Positions 9,956-20,959 of a stretch of DNA of 64,000 bases are shown here, piece by piece. Position 1 is the stretch's first letter. Every line of letters begins with the position of its first letter. Origin of the DNA: an uncultured Methanolobus sp. Its GTDB lineage: Archaea > Halobacteriota > Methanosarcinia > Methanosarcinales > Methanosarcinaceae. The notes under the pieces were generated by a model. It made no database searches. It saw only the letters and a list, made by a program, of their open reading frames with translations, and was not told the DNA's origin. The translations under genes were made by a program, and so were the position numbers. The stretch covers positions 1,792,001-1,856,000 of the forward strand of contig OY776215.1 of NCBI GenBank assembly GCA_963675495.1, in the 5' to 3' direction.

Positions 9956-11125
9956 TCACGACCACAACTGTCCCTCTAACATTGCAAGGGTCTTATCATT
10001 TGTGCTCTTGTTTACCTTCCGGATGTTGATGACATACTCATCACCATTTTTCTCAGATACCTCAAAGGCAACATAAAGACCGAACCTTTGAAGGTATGAA
10101 CTGAATTTGTGGATAGTTTCCCTGTCTCCTACTCTTATCTTGAAATCATCGGAGATCCGCTGACCTGCCTGAACCTGAGCTATCGTCTTTTTCATCGGGG
10201 TGAGTAAACTTTCCCCAAGCCTGAGGCATCTTTTCTGGAAATTTTCCTCATTTTCTTCCCATTCGTAAGACTGGAACCCCTCACGTACAACTCTGGAGAA
10301 GAGGAAATCCCGCCCTGTTTCATTATAAAATTTGAATGCATGGTGCAGGTCAGAACAATTACTTTCTGAACATGTGTATTTTATTGGTTGCAATACCATC
10401 TCCGGATCTTTGATAACGACGCCTTCATGTCCCTTTTTTCCAAGTTCTTTGATAATTTCTGTTATCTTTTCAGGTGCTTCACTGATGCTGAATTCACCAA
10501 ATAAAATAACTTGATCAAAATCATATTCCTCTGCCAATTCTCTCCTCTTGTGGACTGGCAAGGCTTCTCCTGAATCCTTATACCTCATGTCAAAAACAAA
10601 AAATTTCAGGGATTCGATATTGTAGACATATTTTTGTACATATGGATTTTCAGGGCCCACCATTTCTCCATATACGATGATATCAGGGTGATCTAAGAAG
10701 AAATCCCTTTTGAGGAATTTCTGTACCCTTTCCGTAGAATAAGGGCAAACATGGCCGCTACGGGTAAAAGCAATGAGCTTGCTTTTGTAGTCGATAACAC
10801 GGACATTATACCCGTTCATTTTCTCTTCAACAGCTACAGAATCGATTTCACCGAACTTTTTCTTTACTGCAGGTCCAAGGAGCATTGCTCTATTAATCTT
10901 GGGAAAACCCCTTATGAGTTCAAAGGAGCCAGATTTATCAATTAACACGGTTCCGTCTTCAAGATTTGGTACGTGTCCTTCAAATCTATAAATATTGTTG
11001 TATTCATCCCAATTTTGTTGCAGGTTCCTCTTTTCAACAAGTTCTTGAAGTCTGGAAGGCGGAAGCTCCAAAAAGTCTGCCGCCTTCTCGATATCAAGTT
11101 CTATCTTTGGGTAAGATTTCATCAC
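9956..11125 (-). CDS. ATP-dependent RNA ligase, Pab1020/Rnl3 family
   Basis: RGFPKI, EEKMNGYNVR (motif I), GEMVGPENPY, EGVVIKD. Confidence 0.9.
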   Translation of the reverse strand: MMKSYPKIELDIEKAADFLELPPSRLQELVEKRNLQQNWDEYNNIYRFEGHVPNLEDGTVLIDKSGSFELIRGFPKINRAMLLGPAVKKKFGEIDSVAVEEKMNGYNVRVIDYKSKLIAFTRSGHVCPYSTERVQKFLKRDFFLDHPDIIVYGEMVGPENPYVQKYVYNIESLKFFVFDMRYKDSGEALPVHKRRELAEEYDFDQVILFGEFSISEAPEKITEIIKELGKKGHEGVVIKDPEMVLQPIKYTCSESNCSDLHHAFKFYNETGRDFLFSRVVREGFQSYEWEENEENFQKRCLRLGESLLTPMKKTIAQVQAGQRISDDFKIRVGDRETIHKFSSYLQRFGLYVAFEVSEKNGDEYVINIRKVNKSTNDKTLAMLEGQLWS

Positions 11126-11140
11126 CAGACACCTGGTTCT

Positions 11141-11923
11141 TTACTGTGCCATTCCTCTGATAATGCTCCTTCTGGTTATTAGCCCAACCATCTGACCTTC
11201 AAGGTTGATAACGGGCAGCCCTCCAAGATTCTCTTCAAGCATCATTTTTGCTGCATCGGTTGTCGAGGTGTTTGTGTAAACTGTTTTTACACTCATCTTT
11301 ATAATATCTTCGACAATGAGATTCTTTATACGGGAGTCCTGTTTACTACCTTCGACCAGGTCACGGAAAGAGCGCATGGCTGTTGCAATATCCGTTTCTG
11401 TTACAATTCCAACAAGTTTGTCACCTTCGATGATAGGTATTCTTCCAACGTTGTTGTCAAGCATAAGCCGTCTTACATGGCTGACACGGTCCGCAGGACT
11501 TGCTACAATAGGATTCTGTTGCATTATCTCTCCGGCATACCCGGTGAAATTGTTGTTCTTGAGTATCTCGTTAGGAGTTACCCAACCAAGAATCTTGTCA
11601 TTCTCCATAACAACTATCACTCCTCCGTTTTTTATCATCAGCGTGATAGCATCGGCTGCTTTCGTATCCGGCAGTACTTTTGTGAAATTATCTGATATTG
11701 CCGTTGCAACATGCAGGGAAGAAGCAGGCTTACTTCCTTTTTTACGAGTTCCGAGTTCCCTTGTAATATTTCTCATGGTAAGTACGCCAAGCAGCTTATC
11801 ATCGTGTCTTACCAGAAGACGCCTTGTACCTTTCTTGTCCATAATGTCAAGTGCATGGGAAATGGTGTCTGATTTATCTACTACCAGTGGTTGTGCCATT
11901 ATATCCTTTACTTCCATTGTCAT
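11141..11923 (-). CDS. CBS-domain protein (4 CBS)
   Basis: Repeated VKDIM...[13 protein letters not shown] motifs. Confidence 0.9.
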   Translation of the reverse strand: MTMEVKDIMAQPLVVDKSDTISHALDIMDKKGTRRLLVRHDDKLLGVLTMRNITRELGTRKKGSKPASSLHVATAISDNFTKVLPDTKAADAITLMIKNGGVIVVMENDKILGWVTPNEILKNNNFTGYAGEIMQQNPIVASPADRVSHVRRLMLDNNVGRIPIIEGDKLVGIVTETDIATAMRSFRDLVEGSKQDSRIKNLIVEDIIKMSVKTVYTNTSTTDAAKMMLEENLGGLPVINLEGQMVGLITRRSIIRGMAQ

Positions 11924-11962
11924 TCCTCTGATCTTTGTTTCGCTTTTCTGGTTATTCGATGT

Positions 11963-12802
11963 TTACTGTACTGCTTTAAGTATCTCTCTCCTGCTGATAA
12001 GGCCAATGATTTTCCCATCATTAACAACCGGCAGGGCAATAGTGTGCTCTGAGAGCATCATCTTTGCTGCATACACCGCCTTGTTTTTGATATCTACAGA
12101 TGGTGGAAGTTCTGACATTATATCTTCAGAAACAAGAGGAACTTCTTTCACGTAGCGATATTCCTTCTGACCGGCAGGAGTTGAACGCCTGGTCATCTTT
12201 ATGCTCTTTGATGGAAGTTTTCCTTCGTTGTCAGCCATGATATTGAATGCTACATTGCTTGTTGTTATCATGCCAACAGCTTCATCAGCGTCATCTGTAA
12301 CGATAACACGGTTTGTCTTGTTCTCCTCCATTTCATGGATCACATGGTTGATGGTGTGATGTCTGTGGACAAACACGATATCTTCTGTCATTATTTCAGA
12401 AATTTTAGTTTTCACATCCTGCTCAGAGAAGTATTTTATAATGTCAGTTCCAGTTACTATGCCAACTACTTCCCTGTTCACTACGGCCAGTGAGTTTATA
12501 CCATTCTCTATCATCAGGTCGATTGCCTGGGTCACAGAAGCACCCGGGTATATTGTGATAGGGTTTTCATGCATAACCATGCTTACAGGAATTTTATCTA
12601 TTGGTCTTCTCCTCCACATGGGTTCAGCTTGAGCAAGCCTTTTTCCAAGGTCTGTCTTTGTAAGAATACCAATCATTTCTTCATTCTGAGCAACCACCAG
12701 GGTGCTGATCTTGTGCTTAAGCATCAGGTTTCTTGCATGCGCTACGGTTTCTTCCGGTGCTATGGTAAAGACCGGTGAACTCATAATGTCTTTCACATTC
12801 AT
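11963..12802 (-). CDS. CBS-domain protein (4 CBS)
   Basis: MNVKDIMSSPV, GILTKTDL, GIVTGTDI. RBS GGAGG upstream. Confidence 0.9.
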   Translation of the reverse strand: MNVKDIMSSPVFTIAPEETVAHARNLMLKHKISTLVVAQNEEMIGILTKTDLGKRLAQAEPMWRRRPIDKIPVSMVMHENPITIYPGASVTQAIDLMIENGINSLAVVNREVVGIVTGTDIIKYFSEQDVKTKISEIMTEDIVFVHRHHTINHVIHEMEENKTNRVIVTDDADEAVGMITTSNVAFNIMADNEGKLPSKSIKMTRRSTPAGQKEYRYVKEVPLVSEDIMSELPPSVDIKNKAVYAAKMMLSEHTIALPVVNDGKIIGLISRREILKAVQ

Positions 12803-12829
12803 GTTGTTCCTCCTTTTTGGAAGCTTGAC

Positions 12830-13476
12830 CTTTCATCAGGACAAGCCTGCAGGACATCTTTAATCTATTATCCATCAAAGAACTCATCATTACCAGTTTT
12901 AGTGGATCGATGTGCTCTTTTCGTTTCTACTCATATACGTGTCTGTGAATCTGTTCATGTTTTCTGAAAACAGACCCATCTATCATTTTTTCATGAAAGT
13001 CACATTTGTGACAATTCCCGCTTGCAATCGGGTTTTCTTTTCCACCTCCTAATTAACTTATAATATCAGCTGATATGGTTATACCATCTGATTTGATCAT
13101 AGTAAGCACTGAAGTTGTAAGCAATCCAGGGTCTTTTTTCTGGAATCCCATTATCTTTATTTCCAGTTCATTGACCTGATATTTTATTATCAATTTAAAC
13201 CACTATATTCCACAACATCACAAAATTACAGAGAATATGTTCTTAGAATCTCCATAAGTCTTGTGAACGATATCCATGCCTCATGGTAAACCACACTACG
13301 CCTGCAAGTGCAAGATCGCACTTTCAAAACCCTGATAATGTGCAATGCCTGTTTGTAGCAACAGTAGATCCAGCAAACACAAAACCCCGGTTTTTAATCA
13401 CTGTTCCCAGCTTTAATCCAGGCGTTGCTTTGAAAGTCGATACATTTCTTTTTTTAAGATATATCGGGACAGACAT
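12830..13476 (-). pseudogene. Highly degraded CBS-domain gene remnant
   Basis: GGTGA RBS with ATG at 13476. One frame (13160-13041) reads IKIMGFQKKDPGLLTTSVLTMIKSDGITISADIIS*LGGG, resembling the IKIM...GIITSxDIIDFLGGG motif of archaeal 4-CBS proteins. Lies inside a CBS cluster. Boundaries approximate. Confidence 0.5.
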
Positions 13477-13524
13477 TTATTTCACCAACTTGAAGCGTTC
13501 TTAATAAGATGACAAGTCAAAGGA

Positions 13525-14133
13525 CTAGTCATAGTAACCTTCTTCCTCTTTACAATCTTCACACAGAATCAATTCGTTAACATTCGTCAGGCTGTCGACA
13601 AAAGCTCCACAACGTTGACATATACCACGTTCAAGCTCCGGTTCCTGACTATATTTTTTCTCATGATGCAGTTCGATCAGACCTTCCAGAATAGTGTTCA
13701 GACCTGGAGCAATAGCTATTATGTCCCTGTCAGTTACCATTCCCACTATTTGGTCGCCTTCCATCACAGCAAGCCTGCGAATATTGGATCTCACCATCAT
13801 TTCAGCAGCTTCGATTATATTTGTAGGGGTTTTTGTTGCTATGATCGGAGTTGACATTATCTCTCTGGCAGTCATTTCTGCCGGAAGTACATTTTTGACA
13901 ACAGTCTTGGTTATTATGTCACGTTCAGTTATGATGCCAGTACTATCACCGTCTTCAATTACGATGATGCTACCTGTGTTGCTTCTCGTCATTTCCTTTG
14001 CAACATCAAGAACACTAGCATTGACATCAATGTCAAAAATTTCCTTTGACATTATTTCCTTGACCGACATCTCATTCTGAATCTCCATTATGGAGACATC
14101 GGTTTCCATATCATCCTGAACTTTCAAGACCAT
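13525..14133 (-). CDS. CBS-pair protein with C-terminal CxxC...CxxC zinc ribbon
   Basis: GIITERDII, GMVTDRDII, GICQRCG...LCEDC. Confidence 0.9.
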   Translation of the reverse strand: MVLKVQDDMETDVSIMEIQNEMSVKEIMSKEIFDIDVNASVLDVAKEMTRSNTGSIIVIEDGDSTGIITERDIITKTVVKNVLPAEMTAREIMSTPIIATKTPTNIIEAAEMMVRSNIRRLAVMEGDQIVGMVTDRDIIAIAPGLNTILEGLIELHHEKKYSQEPELERGICQRCGAFVDSLTNVNELILCEDCKEEEGYYD

Positions 14134-14361
14134 AAGATGTACCTCAGAATCCTGGATTAAAGGAATCGATTACCCATAGTCCACTAAATAAAATGTTACT
14201 TTTATTGTATAAATAGGTGTTCGTAGATTTTTTAATATGATTTGCATGCTACTGATAATAGCATCAGGCAAGTCATTATAATAAAAAAGAAAAGATTCCG
14301 GAACAATTCAAAGTGAATTTGCCGGACATCTAATGAAAGTATTAATGAAAGTATTAACTAT

Positions 14362-15489
14362 TCACCGAACTATGATTCTTGTCCTGTTTCCTGCACTAAG
14401 TTCTATTTCATCATTGAATCCGGATTTAGAGAATGCATCAATTATTTCTACAGCCATATCGATATCAAGCTCTTCTACAAGGAGAGCATGGTCACCCCAT
14501 AATGCAATACGTATCCTTCCGCTGTCATCTGAGACATAGATGTTTGAAACCATATTCACAGTCCCATCGTCACGATCGAATTCCCTTAGTTCCCCAAGGC
14601 CTGACACCTGTCCTGATATGGAGTATGATTCTCCTGGTATGATATCAGCTATTGATGTGAAATCTTCCTTAAACTCGACTTCATCCTCTATTTTTCTGAT
14701 AGTACTGCGATTTCCAACCTGCATTTCTACCTGCTGGTTGAAGTTGTTCTCCTTTGCGTACCCATTGATTATTTCTACCGAATCATCTGTCTGGAGTTCT
14801 TTTGTAAGGTCTGCAGTTTCATCCCAGAGTGTTACTCTTATTTTGCCGGTTTCATCACCGATCATAATGTTTGCGACTTTTCCGACAGTACCATCTTTTT
14901 TGTTGAATGTCCTTATATCAGCTATATCAAGGATCCTGCCGCGAATGTTGAGGTCACCCATTCCACTTTTGATATCTTCTATCTTTTTTGAATCGATGCG
15001 GGCTTCTACTTTTTCATCTGTTTCACAAAGAACACCGTTGTTGCCTATATTCACTTCAATGCCGGAATACCCTTCCTTGACGTAGCCAGCTACCTGGTAA
15101 TTCTGGCCAACTTCAATATTTCCTGTCTTCACAAGATCTGCCCTGTCATCCCATAGTGTCAGGCGTATTGATCCGGTTTCGTCTGCAACAATGATGTTTG
15201 CAACTCTGCCGACGGTGCCGTCATTTCGGTTGAATTCCTTTGCAGGGAAAACAGACATGACCTTTGCAATGAACTTGACATTACCACTGCTTGGAGTTAT
15301 ACCTGATATTTTCTGTAACTGGTTCTCTCCGGTGTCACTGGCTCCATGGTCGTGAGCCACAAGCATGGCGGCGGTCCTGACGTCACAGAGTCCGCTCATT
15401 TGTTCTACTTTCTCTTCAACTTCACGCGTAAAATCTTCTTTACTGATGACGCCGCCGAGCTTTTCATATATGTCATTTATCTCATCCAT
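14362..15489 (-). CDS. rpa: Replication protein A (three OB folds)
   Basis: Three repeats of FxRxDGTVG...DETG-IRxTLW. Confidence 0.9.
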   Translation of the reverse strand: MDEINDIYEKLGGVISKEDFTREVEEKVEQMSGLCDVRTAAMLVAHDHGASDTGENQLQKISGITPSSGNVKFIAKVMSVFPAKEFNRNDGTVGRVANIIVADETGSIRLTLWDDRADLVKTGNIEVGQNYQVAGYVKEGYSGIEVNIGNNGVLCETDEKVEARIDSKKIEDIKSGMGDLNIRGRILDIADIRTFNKKDGTVGKVANIMIGDETGKIRVTLWDETADLTKELQTDDSVEIINGYAKENNFNQQVEMQVGNRSTIRKIEDEVEFKEDFTSIADIIPGESYSISGQVSGLGELREFDRDDGTVNMVSNIYVSDDSGRIRIALWGDHALLVEELDIDMAVEIIDAFSKSGFNDEIELSAGNRTRIIVR

Positions 15490-15686
15490 GATAATACCCT
15501 GAAAACTGAATTGAATATATTAAAATCATCCATCTACTTTTCAACTAGTCTAGTATTCTCTTAGATAATTAATCTAACGAAGATGTTTATAAAAATCCTG
15601 ATATTTTGATATTTTAGAAATTATATTGTAATTATTCCGTTATTTTAATAAGATATATTAATTATAAGATGTATTTGCAAGATATC

Positions 15687-16322
15687 ATGATCCGTAAATG
15701 TAAAGAGCATGGCTATTTCAGGGGAGAGATCTGCCCTGATTGTGGAGAAGAAGGACGTTATGTGCTGGATGATGATCGGGAAGAGAGACTTGGAAGGTTT
15801 GTTTCCGGTGCATTGAGACACTTCCCTGGAGATGTGGGTATTGAAATGGACTCTCTGGGTTGGGTAGAGCTGGGTCAACTCTGCGATGTCATGAAAAAAC
15901 GCTACAAATGGGGAACAATGGAACGTCTGATCTCACTTGTTGAATCTGACAGGAAAGGGCGGTATGAGATAGAGGACAATTTCATAAGGGCAAGATATGG
16001 ACACTCTGTAGATGTGGACCTAATATCTGATTACCCTGAAAATGATTTGCCTTACCTCTACTATGGTGTCAGTCAGGAAGAGACGGATATGTTGCTTGAC
16101 AATGGTATTTTCCCTATCAGGCAGTGCTATGTACACCTTAGTACCTCATTTGAAAAATCAAAGGAAGCCGCTTCGGTTCACACGGATAACCCTGTTATTA
16201 TCGAAGTGGATGCTAATGCTGCGCAGCAGGATGGGGTCGATATTGTTACCGTAAATACTGACATTGTCCTTGCAAGGGGAATTCCGCCGGAATATCTCAG
16301 TGTTGTAGAATCTGAGGATTGA
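15687..16322 (+). CDS. kptA: RNA 2'-phosphotransferase (KptA/Tpt1)
   Basis: GALRHFP, KGRYE, IRARYGHS, YVHLS, N-terminal CxxH...CxxC. Start taken at MIRKC. Confidence 0.9.
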   Translation: MIRKCKEHGYFRGEICPDCGEEGRYVLDDDREERLGRFVSGALRHFPGDVGIEMDSLGWVELGQLCDVMKKRYKWGTMERLISLVESDRKGRYEIEDNFIRARYGHSVDVDLISDYPENDLPYLYYGVSQEETDMLLDNGIFPIRQCYVHLSTSFEKSKEAASVHTDNPVIIEVDANAAQQDGVDIVTVNTDIVLARGIPPEYLSVVESED

Positions 16323-16325
16323 TCC

Positions 16326-17321
16326 TCATTCTACGGACATTTCTATCAGGCCTTTGTTTTCATTGATTATGAAGTGTACATCAAGCAACTGTTCGGTCAC
16401 ATGGATGTTTGTCAGGCAATGCGGTGTAAGCTTTCTTGTTGTGAATGACCCGCTTTTGGCAAGCCCCATGTAAGGTATTAGCTGATCAGCCAGATGAATA
16501 TCAACAGCTGCCTGGGAGTTCAGTTCATCAAGCAACATACGGGCAGCTAGGCTACCTACTTTTTCTGCAGGTGTTCCTTTTTTCCCCGTGTTTACCGATC
16601 CCATGAGTCCTGACCATAATGTGATTCCACTTCCAGTTGAGTGATAATTTTCTGTTTCAATGTCTATATGTGCGCTTGTTCTATGCTCTTCCAGAACTTT
16701 CTGCGCAGAATCAGCCTGCTTTTTTGCGACATGTTCAGGGAGGTTAGAACAATGAGATCTACCTTGTATGTTCCTTTTAAGTGCTTTAAAATCATATCCT
16801 TTCAATTTGGAAGGGTTGATCTCTATTTCTGCCACTCCTTTGCCTTTCGGGTAATACCCACGTTCAATAAGTCTTATATTTGCTTTGTACCCCATTTTTG
16901 ACAGAGCCTTTAATGTCAGTTCTTTCAAGTAGTCTATTGATGGCGACCATGCAACATCGGTTCCCCCGGTTATTCTCAGTTTTGTCCTTTCAGGAGAATA
17001 AGCGGCTATTGGCATGATGGACTGCATGAGCAATGGAATACTTCCTGCAGTTCCAATATGTATGTCAGTTTCAACCTCCCTTATTTCCGATGGAGAAAAG
17101 TATATCTGGGTGGAGCCCGGAAAAAGTCCCTTGATGTTGGCATCGCACATCATGGCAACAGTTTCAATTGATTTGAGATGCTGGGGTTTTAGTCCTTTTT
17201 TTGGACGATTATGGCGTATGTTCTTTATCACGATATCTTCTTTGATGATAGTTGACAGGGCAACTGCTGTCCTGAGTATCTGCCCACCGCCTTCTCCGTA
17301 GGAACCATCTATTTCTATCAT
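16326..17321 (-). CDS. rtcA: RNA 3'-terminal phosphate cyclase
   Basis: IDGSYGEGGGQILR, GGTDV, RGYYPKG, HLADQL, HCLTN. Confidence 0.95.
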   Translation of the reverse strand: MIEIDGSYGEGGGQILRTAVALSTIIKEDIVIKNIRHNRPKKGLKPQHLKSIETVAMMCDANIKGLFPGSTQIYFSPSEIREVETDIHIGTAGSIPLLMQSIMPIAAYSPERTKLRITGGTDVAWSPSIDYLKELTLKALSKMGYKANIRLIERGYYPKGKGVAEIEINPSKLKGYDFKALKRNIQGRSHCSNLPEHVAKKQADSAQKVLEEHRTSAHIDIETENYHSTGSGITLWSGLMGSVNTGKKGTPAEKVGSLAARMLLDELNSQAAVDIHLADQLIPYMGLAKSGSFTTRKLTPHCLTNIHVTEQLLDVHFIINENKGLIEMSVE

Positions 17322-18688
17322 TTTCTTATTTTACGCATCTTTTTCAATGATCCCTTTGCAGCAAAACTAACGGGGTCTATAAGCATTGATACAGGTGGAG
17401 CGTAGCAGGTCTCAATGTTTGCCAGTTCATCAACAGTTGTTCTTTTTTTGATGGCAAGTGTGAGTGCATCAATACGTTCTTTTACTCCTTCTCCACCAAC
17501 CACCTGGGCACCAACGAGACATCTTTCACTGAATATGAGTTTGATGAAAAGTTTGGTCCCACCAGGGTAATAATCTGCTCGTGTGGATCCAGTTGCCAGT
17601 CCTGTTACTATTTTAATGTTATTTTCCATTGCATCTTTTGATGTGATACCTGTAGTTCCAACTTGTAATTCTCCTATGACAGCTATCCAGGGGTTAAGAA
17701 TGGGGCCAAATTCACCGGGACTTGAAGTAAGATTGTTCGTTATGACTCCTGCCATTCTTCTCGCAGTACTTGCAACCTGGCTTAGCATCGCTTTTCCTGT
17801 GACTAATTCATGGACCTCGACGCATTCACCCCCGCAAAAGATATCCTGGTGGTATTTACCTCCAACAGATGGGTGCAAATACTTGTCCACAATTATTCCT
17901 CCGGTGTCTCCTATGTCAATTCCTGCATTTGAAGCCAGTTCATTCTCTGGTTCAACTCCTGTGGATAATATTACAAGATCTGCCGGAAATTTGGTAGAAG
18001 CAATTGTAACGGACTCTACATATGTTTCCCCATTTATTGATTCAGGTATATTTGCTGTTATGACTTTAACTCCCAAAAGCTCAAGATGTTCCTTCACTGA
18101 TTCCGCCATGTCCGGGTCAATGTTATGTGAGAGGATCGATGAACTTCTGTTGAGAAGAATGGTGTTTATGTTCCTCTGGGAAATGGCTGCTGCGAGTTCT
18201 GCACCAATGGAGCCTCCTCCAATTATCACAACACTTGATGCCTCAGCAAGTTTTTCTTCTATTTTCATGGCATCAGATAGTGTTCTTAGGGTGAAAACAT
18301 TTTTAAGTGAGGTTCCCTGGATGTTCTCGGGGATCCTTGGTTTGCTGCCTGTAGCAATAACAAGTTTGTCGAAGTGATATTCCTGCCCGTTGGAGCTAAT
18401 GGTATATCCTTCAATGTCAATAGAGTCTACTTTGCTTTCAAGTAGAAGGTCTATTCCCATATCTTTAAAGAACTTATTATCTCTCAGGATCAACGATTTG
18501 AAACCCTTGATCTGTTTCCCAATTACAAAAGGCATTCCACATTGGCTATATGCTGTGTGTTTATCTTTGGAGAACACAGTTACAGAATAGCTGCTGTGGC
18601 GGGTAAGGCTTGTAGCCACAGCCATTCCTACTGCACCACCGCCTATTATGATCACATTTTTGTCATCGTTCATCTTTTTTTCTCGCAT
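17318..18688 (-). CDS. FAD-dependent NADH oxidase / CoA-disulfide reductase family protein
   Basis: IIGGGAVG, YSQCGMP single redox Cys, ATGS, IGGGSIG, CYAPP. 4-nt overlap with rtcA. Confidence 0.85.
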   Translation of the reverse strand: MREKKMNDDKNVIIIGGGAVGMAVATSLTRHSSYSVTVFSKDKHTAYSQCGMPFVIGKQIKGFKSLILRDNKFFKDMGIDLLLESKVDSIDIEGYTISSNGQEYHFDKLVIATGSKPRIPENIQGTSLKNVFTLRTLSDAMKIEEKLAEASSVVIIGGGSIGAELAAAISQRNINTILLNRSSSILSHNIDPDMAESVKEHLELLGVKVITANIPESINGETYVESVTIASTKFPADLVILSTGVEPENELASNAGIDIGDTGGIIVDKYLHPSVGGKYHQDIFCGGECVEVHELVTGKAMLSQVASTARRMAGVITNNLTSSPGEFGPILNPWIAVIGELQVGTTGITSKDAMENNIKIVTGLATGSTRADYYPGGTKLFIKLIFSERCLVGAQVVGGEGVKERIDALTLAIKKRTTVDELANIETCYAPPVSMLIDPVSFAAKGSLKKMRKIRK

Positions 18689-19288
18689 ATTCCTCTAAAA
18701 GCTTATCTGGATATTAATCCTATTCCCCGGGTAGTTTATGCCTAAATCAAATTTACTTGTTTTATTACTTTTAACTACCTGGCTCAATATCAACCCATAA
18801 GTTTATAAAACTTTGAATTATATTACTTAACGTAATCATCATTATGATTACATTAATACTTGAAAACAAGATAATACAGATACTACGAACAAAGGTATCT
18901 TTCAACAATACAAATTTAGTTATTCGTAATCACTACAGATTCAATAGGAATCATCTACCGATTAGGTATTCGTTAACCACTAAAAAGTGCTTAACAGGTC
19001 AAAAGCTACAAGTATTCAATGAGGGATTTGGAAATAATGCTTATTGACCACTGTCAGCAACAGCTTGAGTAGCATGCTTGCATTGTATGCAAAGTGTATA
19101 GTTACTGCTGTGCTTAGCTTGGCGTTGGTTTGGATTAAGTGAAATTCTTCATGTTTATTCATTGAATTTTTAGTTTTATATTTCAGGCCTTTCGACAAGA
19201 TGATGAAGTCTTGCTAGTTGTTGCCTATTTTCTATTTTTGTGTTCCGAATTGTTCTGGTATCATCATACAAAAATTCGGAGAATCATC

Positions 19289-20698
19289 ATGCAAAATGCA
19301 GATACTACTAAATATATAATTCATTCAAAGATAGTCGCAGATGGAATAATAGAACGTCCTGATATAGTCGGAGCTATTTTTGGCCAGACTGAGGGTTTGC
19401 TCGGTTCTGACCTTGACCTTCGTGATCTTCAGAAAACAGGGCGAATAGGAAGGATCGAGGTTGTTGTCAATGCAAAAGGAGGTAAGACCAGAGGAACTAT
19501 TCTTATCCCATCAAGCCTCGATAAAGTTGAGACCTCTATCCTTGCAGCATCTCTGGAAACCATAGACAGGGTCGGACCTTGCAGTGCGAAGATCGAGATA
19601 ACTCATATTGAGGATGTTAGGGCAACAAAACGCCAGCAGATAATTGAAAGGGCAAAGTTCATTTTCACCGGTATGTTCGACGAGAATCTCCCTGAATCTC
19701 AGGAGATAGCTGATGAGGTACGTCAGTCCGTAAGGGTTGAAGAAATGCAGTATTTCGGTAAAAACAAAGTTCCATGCGGTCCTGCAGTTTTTGAATCTGA
19801 TGCAATTGTCGTTGTTGAGGGTCGTGCAGATGTTCTTAACCTGTTGAAATACGGTATTAAGAACACTATTTGCGTAGGTGGTACCAATGTTCCTCCTGAG
19901 GTTGCAGAGCTTACTAAGAAAAAGGAGACAGTGACAGCTTTCACAGATGGTGACCGAGGAGGAGAACTTATCATCAAGGAACTGGTCCAGGTCGCAAACA
20001 TCGACTACATTGCAAGGGCACCAGATGGTAAGGGTGTAGAGGAACTGGTGCAAAAAGAGATTGTAAGGTCTCTAAGGCAAAAAGTTCCAGTTGAGCAGGT
20101 AATTGACAAATATGTTGTCAAGGACCAGGTACCTCTGAATGAGAATGCTCGTGGTCCACGTCTTCCACAACGTAAGGAAAGAAGACCTGCTCCTGAGGTC
20201 AAACGCGTTGGTGCCTCAAAAGTCCAGAGAACGCCCAGGGAACCACGTGAAAGAGACACACGTGAAAAAAGTACACGCGAAAGAGACACACGTGTCAGAG
20301 ACGCACGTAGCAGAGACACACGTGGCAGGGATACGAGAACAAAAGAACCACAGCAGGAACCAAAGAAGGAGCCAGTTGCTGTTCAGAAATCAAAAGTTCC
20401 GGTGTCTCCTGAAAACAAAAGATTCAAGTCTCACGCAGATGATCTTCTAGGCACATTCAGTGCACGTTTCCTTGATGGAGGGGATAATGTTGTTAATGAA
20501 ACAGCAGTTCGTGATCTTGTCAGTACTCTCAAGGATTACAAGGACGAAGTGAAAACAGTCGTTTTTGATGGTGTTATCACTCAGAGGATCCTTGATATTG
20601 CTGTAGATAAAGGCATAGAGCGTTTGATAGGTGCAAAAGTAGGTAGTGTGACCAAGAGACCTGCTTCTGTTAAAGTGCTCACAGCTGGGTCTTTATAA
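19289..20698 (+). CDS. dnaG: Archaeal DnaG (TOPRIM) protein
   Basis: KYIIH...[34 protein letters not shown]. Start taken at MQNADTT. Confidence 0.95.
   Translation: MQNADTTKYIIHSKIVADGIIERPDIVGAIFGQTEGLLGSDLDLRDLQKTGRIGRIEVVVNAKGGKTRGTILIPSSLDKVETSILAASLETIDRVGPCSAKIEITHIEDVRATKRQQIIERAKFIFTGMFDENLPESQEIADEVRQSVRVEEMQYFGKNKVPCGPAVFESDAIVVVEGRADVLNLLKYGIKNTICVGGTNVPPEVAELTKKKETVTAFTDGDRGGELIIKELVQVANIDYIARAPDGKGVEELVQKEIVRSLRQKVPVEQVIDKYVVKDQVPLNENARGPRLPQRKERRPAPEVKRVGASKVQRTPREPRERDTREKSTRERDTRVRDARSRDTRGRDTRTKEPQQEPKKEPVAVQKSKVPVSPENKRFKSHADDLLGTFSARFLDGGDNVVNETAVRDLVSTLKDYKDEVKTVVFDGVITQRILDIAVDKGIERLIGAKVGSVTKRPASVKVLTAGSL
20249..20338 (+). repeat. Six degenerate in-frame 15-bp tandem repeats in the dnaG linker
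   Basis: gaaagagacacacgt / gaaaaaagtacacgc / gaaagagacacacgt / gtcagagacgcacgt / agcagagacacacgt / ggcagggatacgaga, encoding (x)RDTR units. Confidence 0.85.
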
Positions 20699-20705
20699 TT
20701 TTGTG

Positions 20706-20740
20706 TACTGTGCTTGCGCACAGTATATTTATTTTTGATT
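20706..20740 (+). terminator. Hairpin plus T-tract after dnaG
   Basis: TACTGTGC-ttgc-GCACAGTA followed by T-rich sequence. Confidence 0.5.
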
Positions 20741-20959
20741 CAATATTGATTTTCTATTAGTATGTTCTTTTTTTATTTACTCGTGACCATGGTTATTTAT
20801 CATGGTTAATCATTGAAATTAAACAGCAAAGTTTATATGCTTAACTCACGGAAATGACTTCCGTGGGAAATGCCTTTATTTTGAAATTAACCAAATAGCA
20901 TTAGTGCATTATTTAAACAGTGCACAAAATAGCAAAAACAATTTAATTTTAGGTATAGG

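Noticed and set aside
11316-12155. Long antisense ORFs (also 556-1107, 17583-18377, 43271-43855)
   Set aside because: They are shadow frames of well-supported genes on the opposite strand with no recognisable motifs.
19195-19250. ATGATGA (box C-like) within a small hairpin upstream of dnaG
   Set aside because: No convincing box D (CTGA) or guide complementarity was found.
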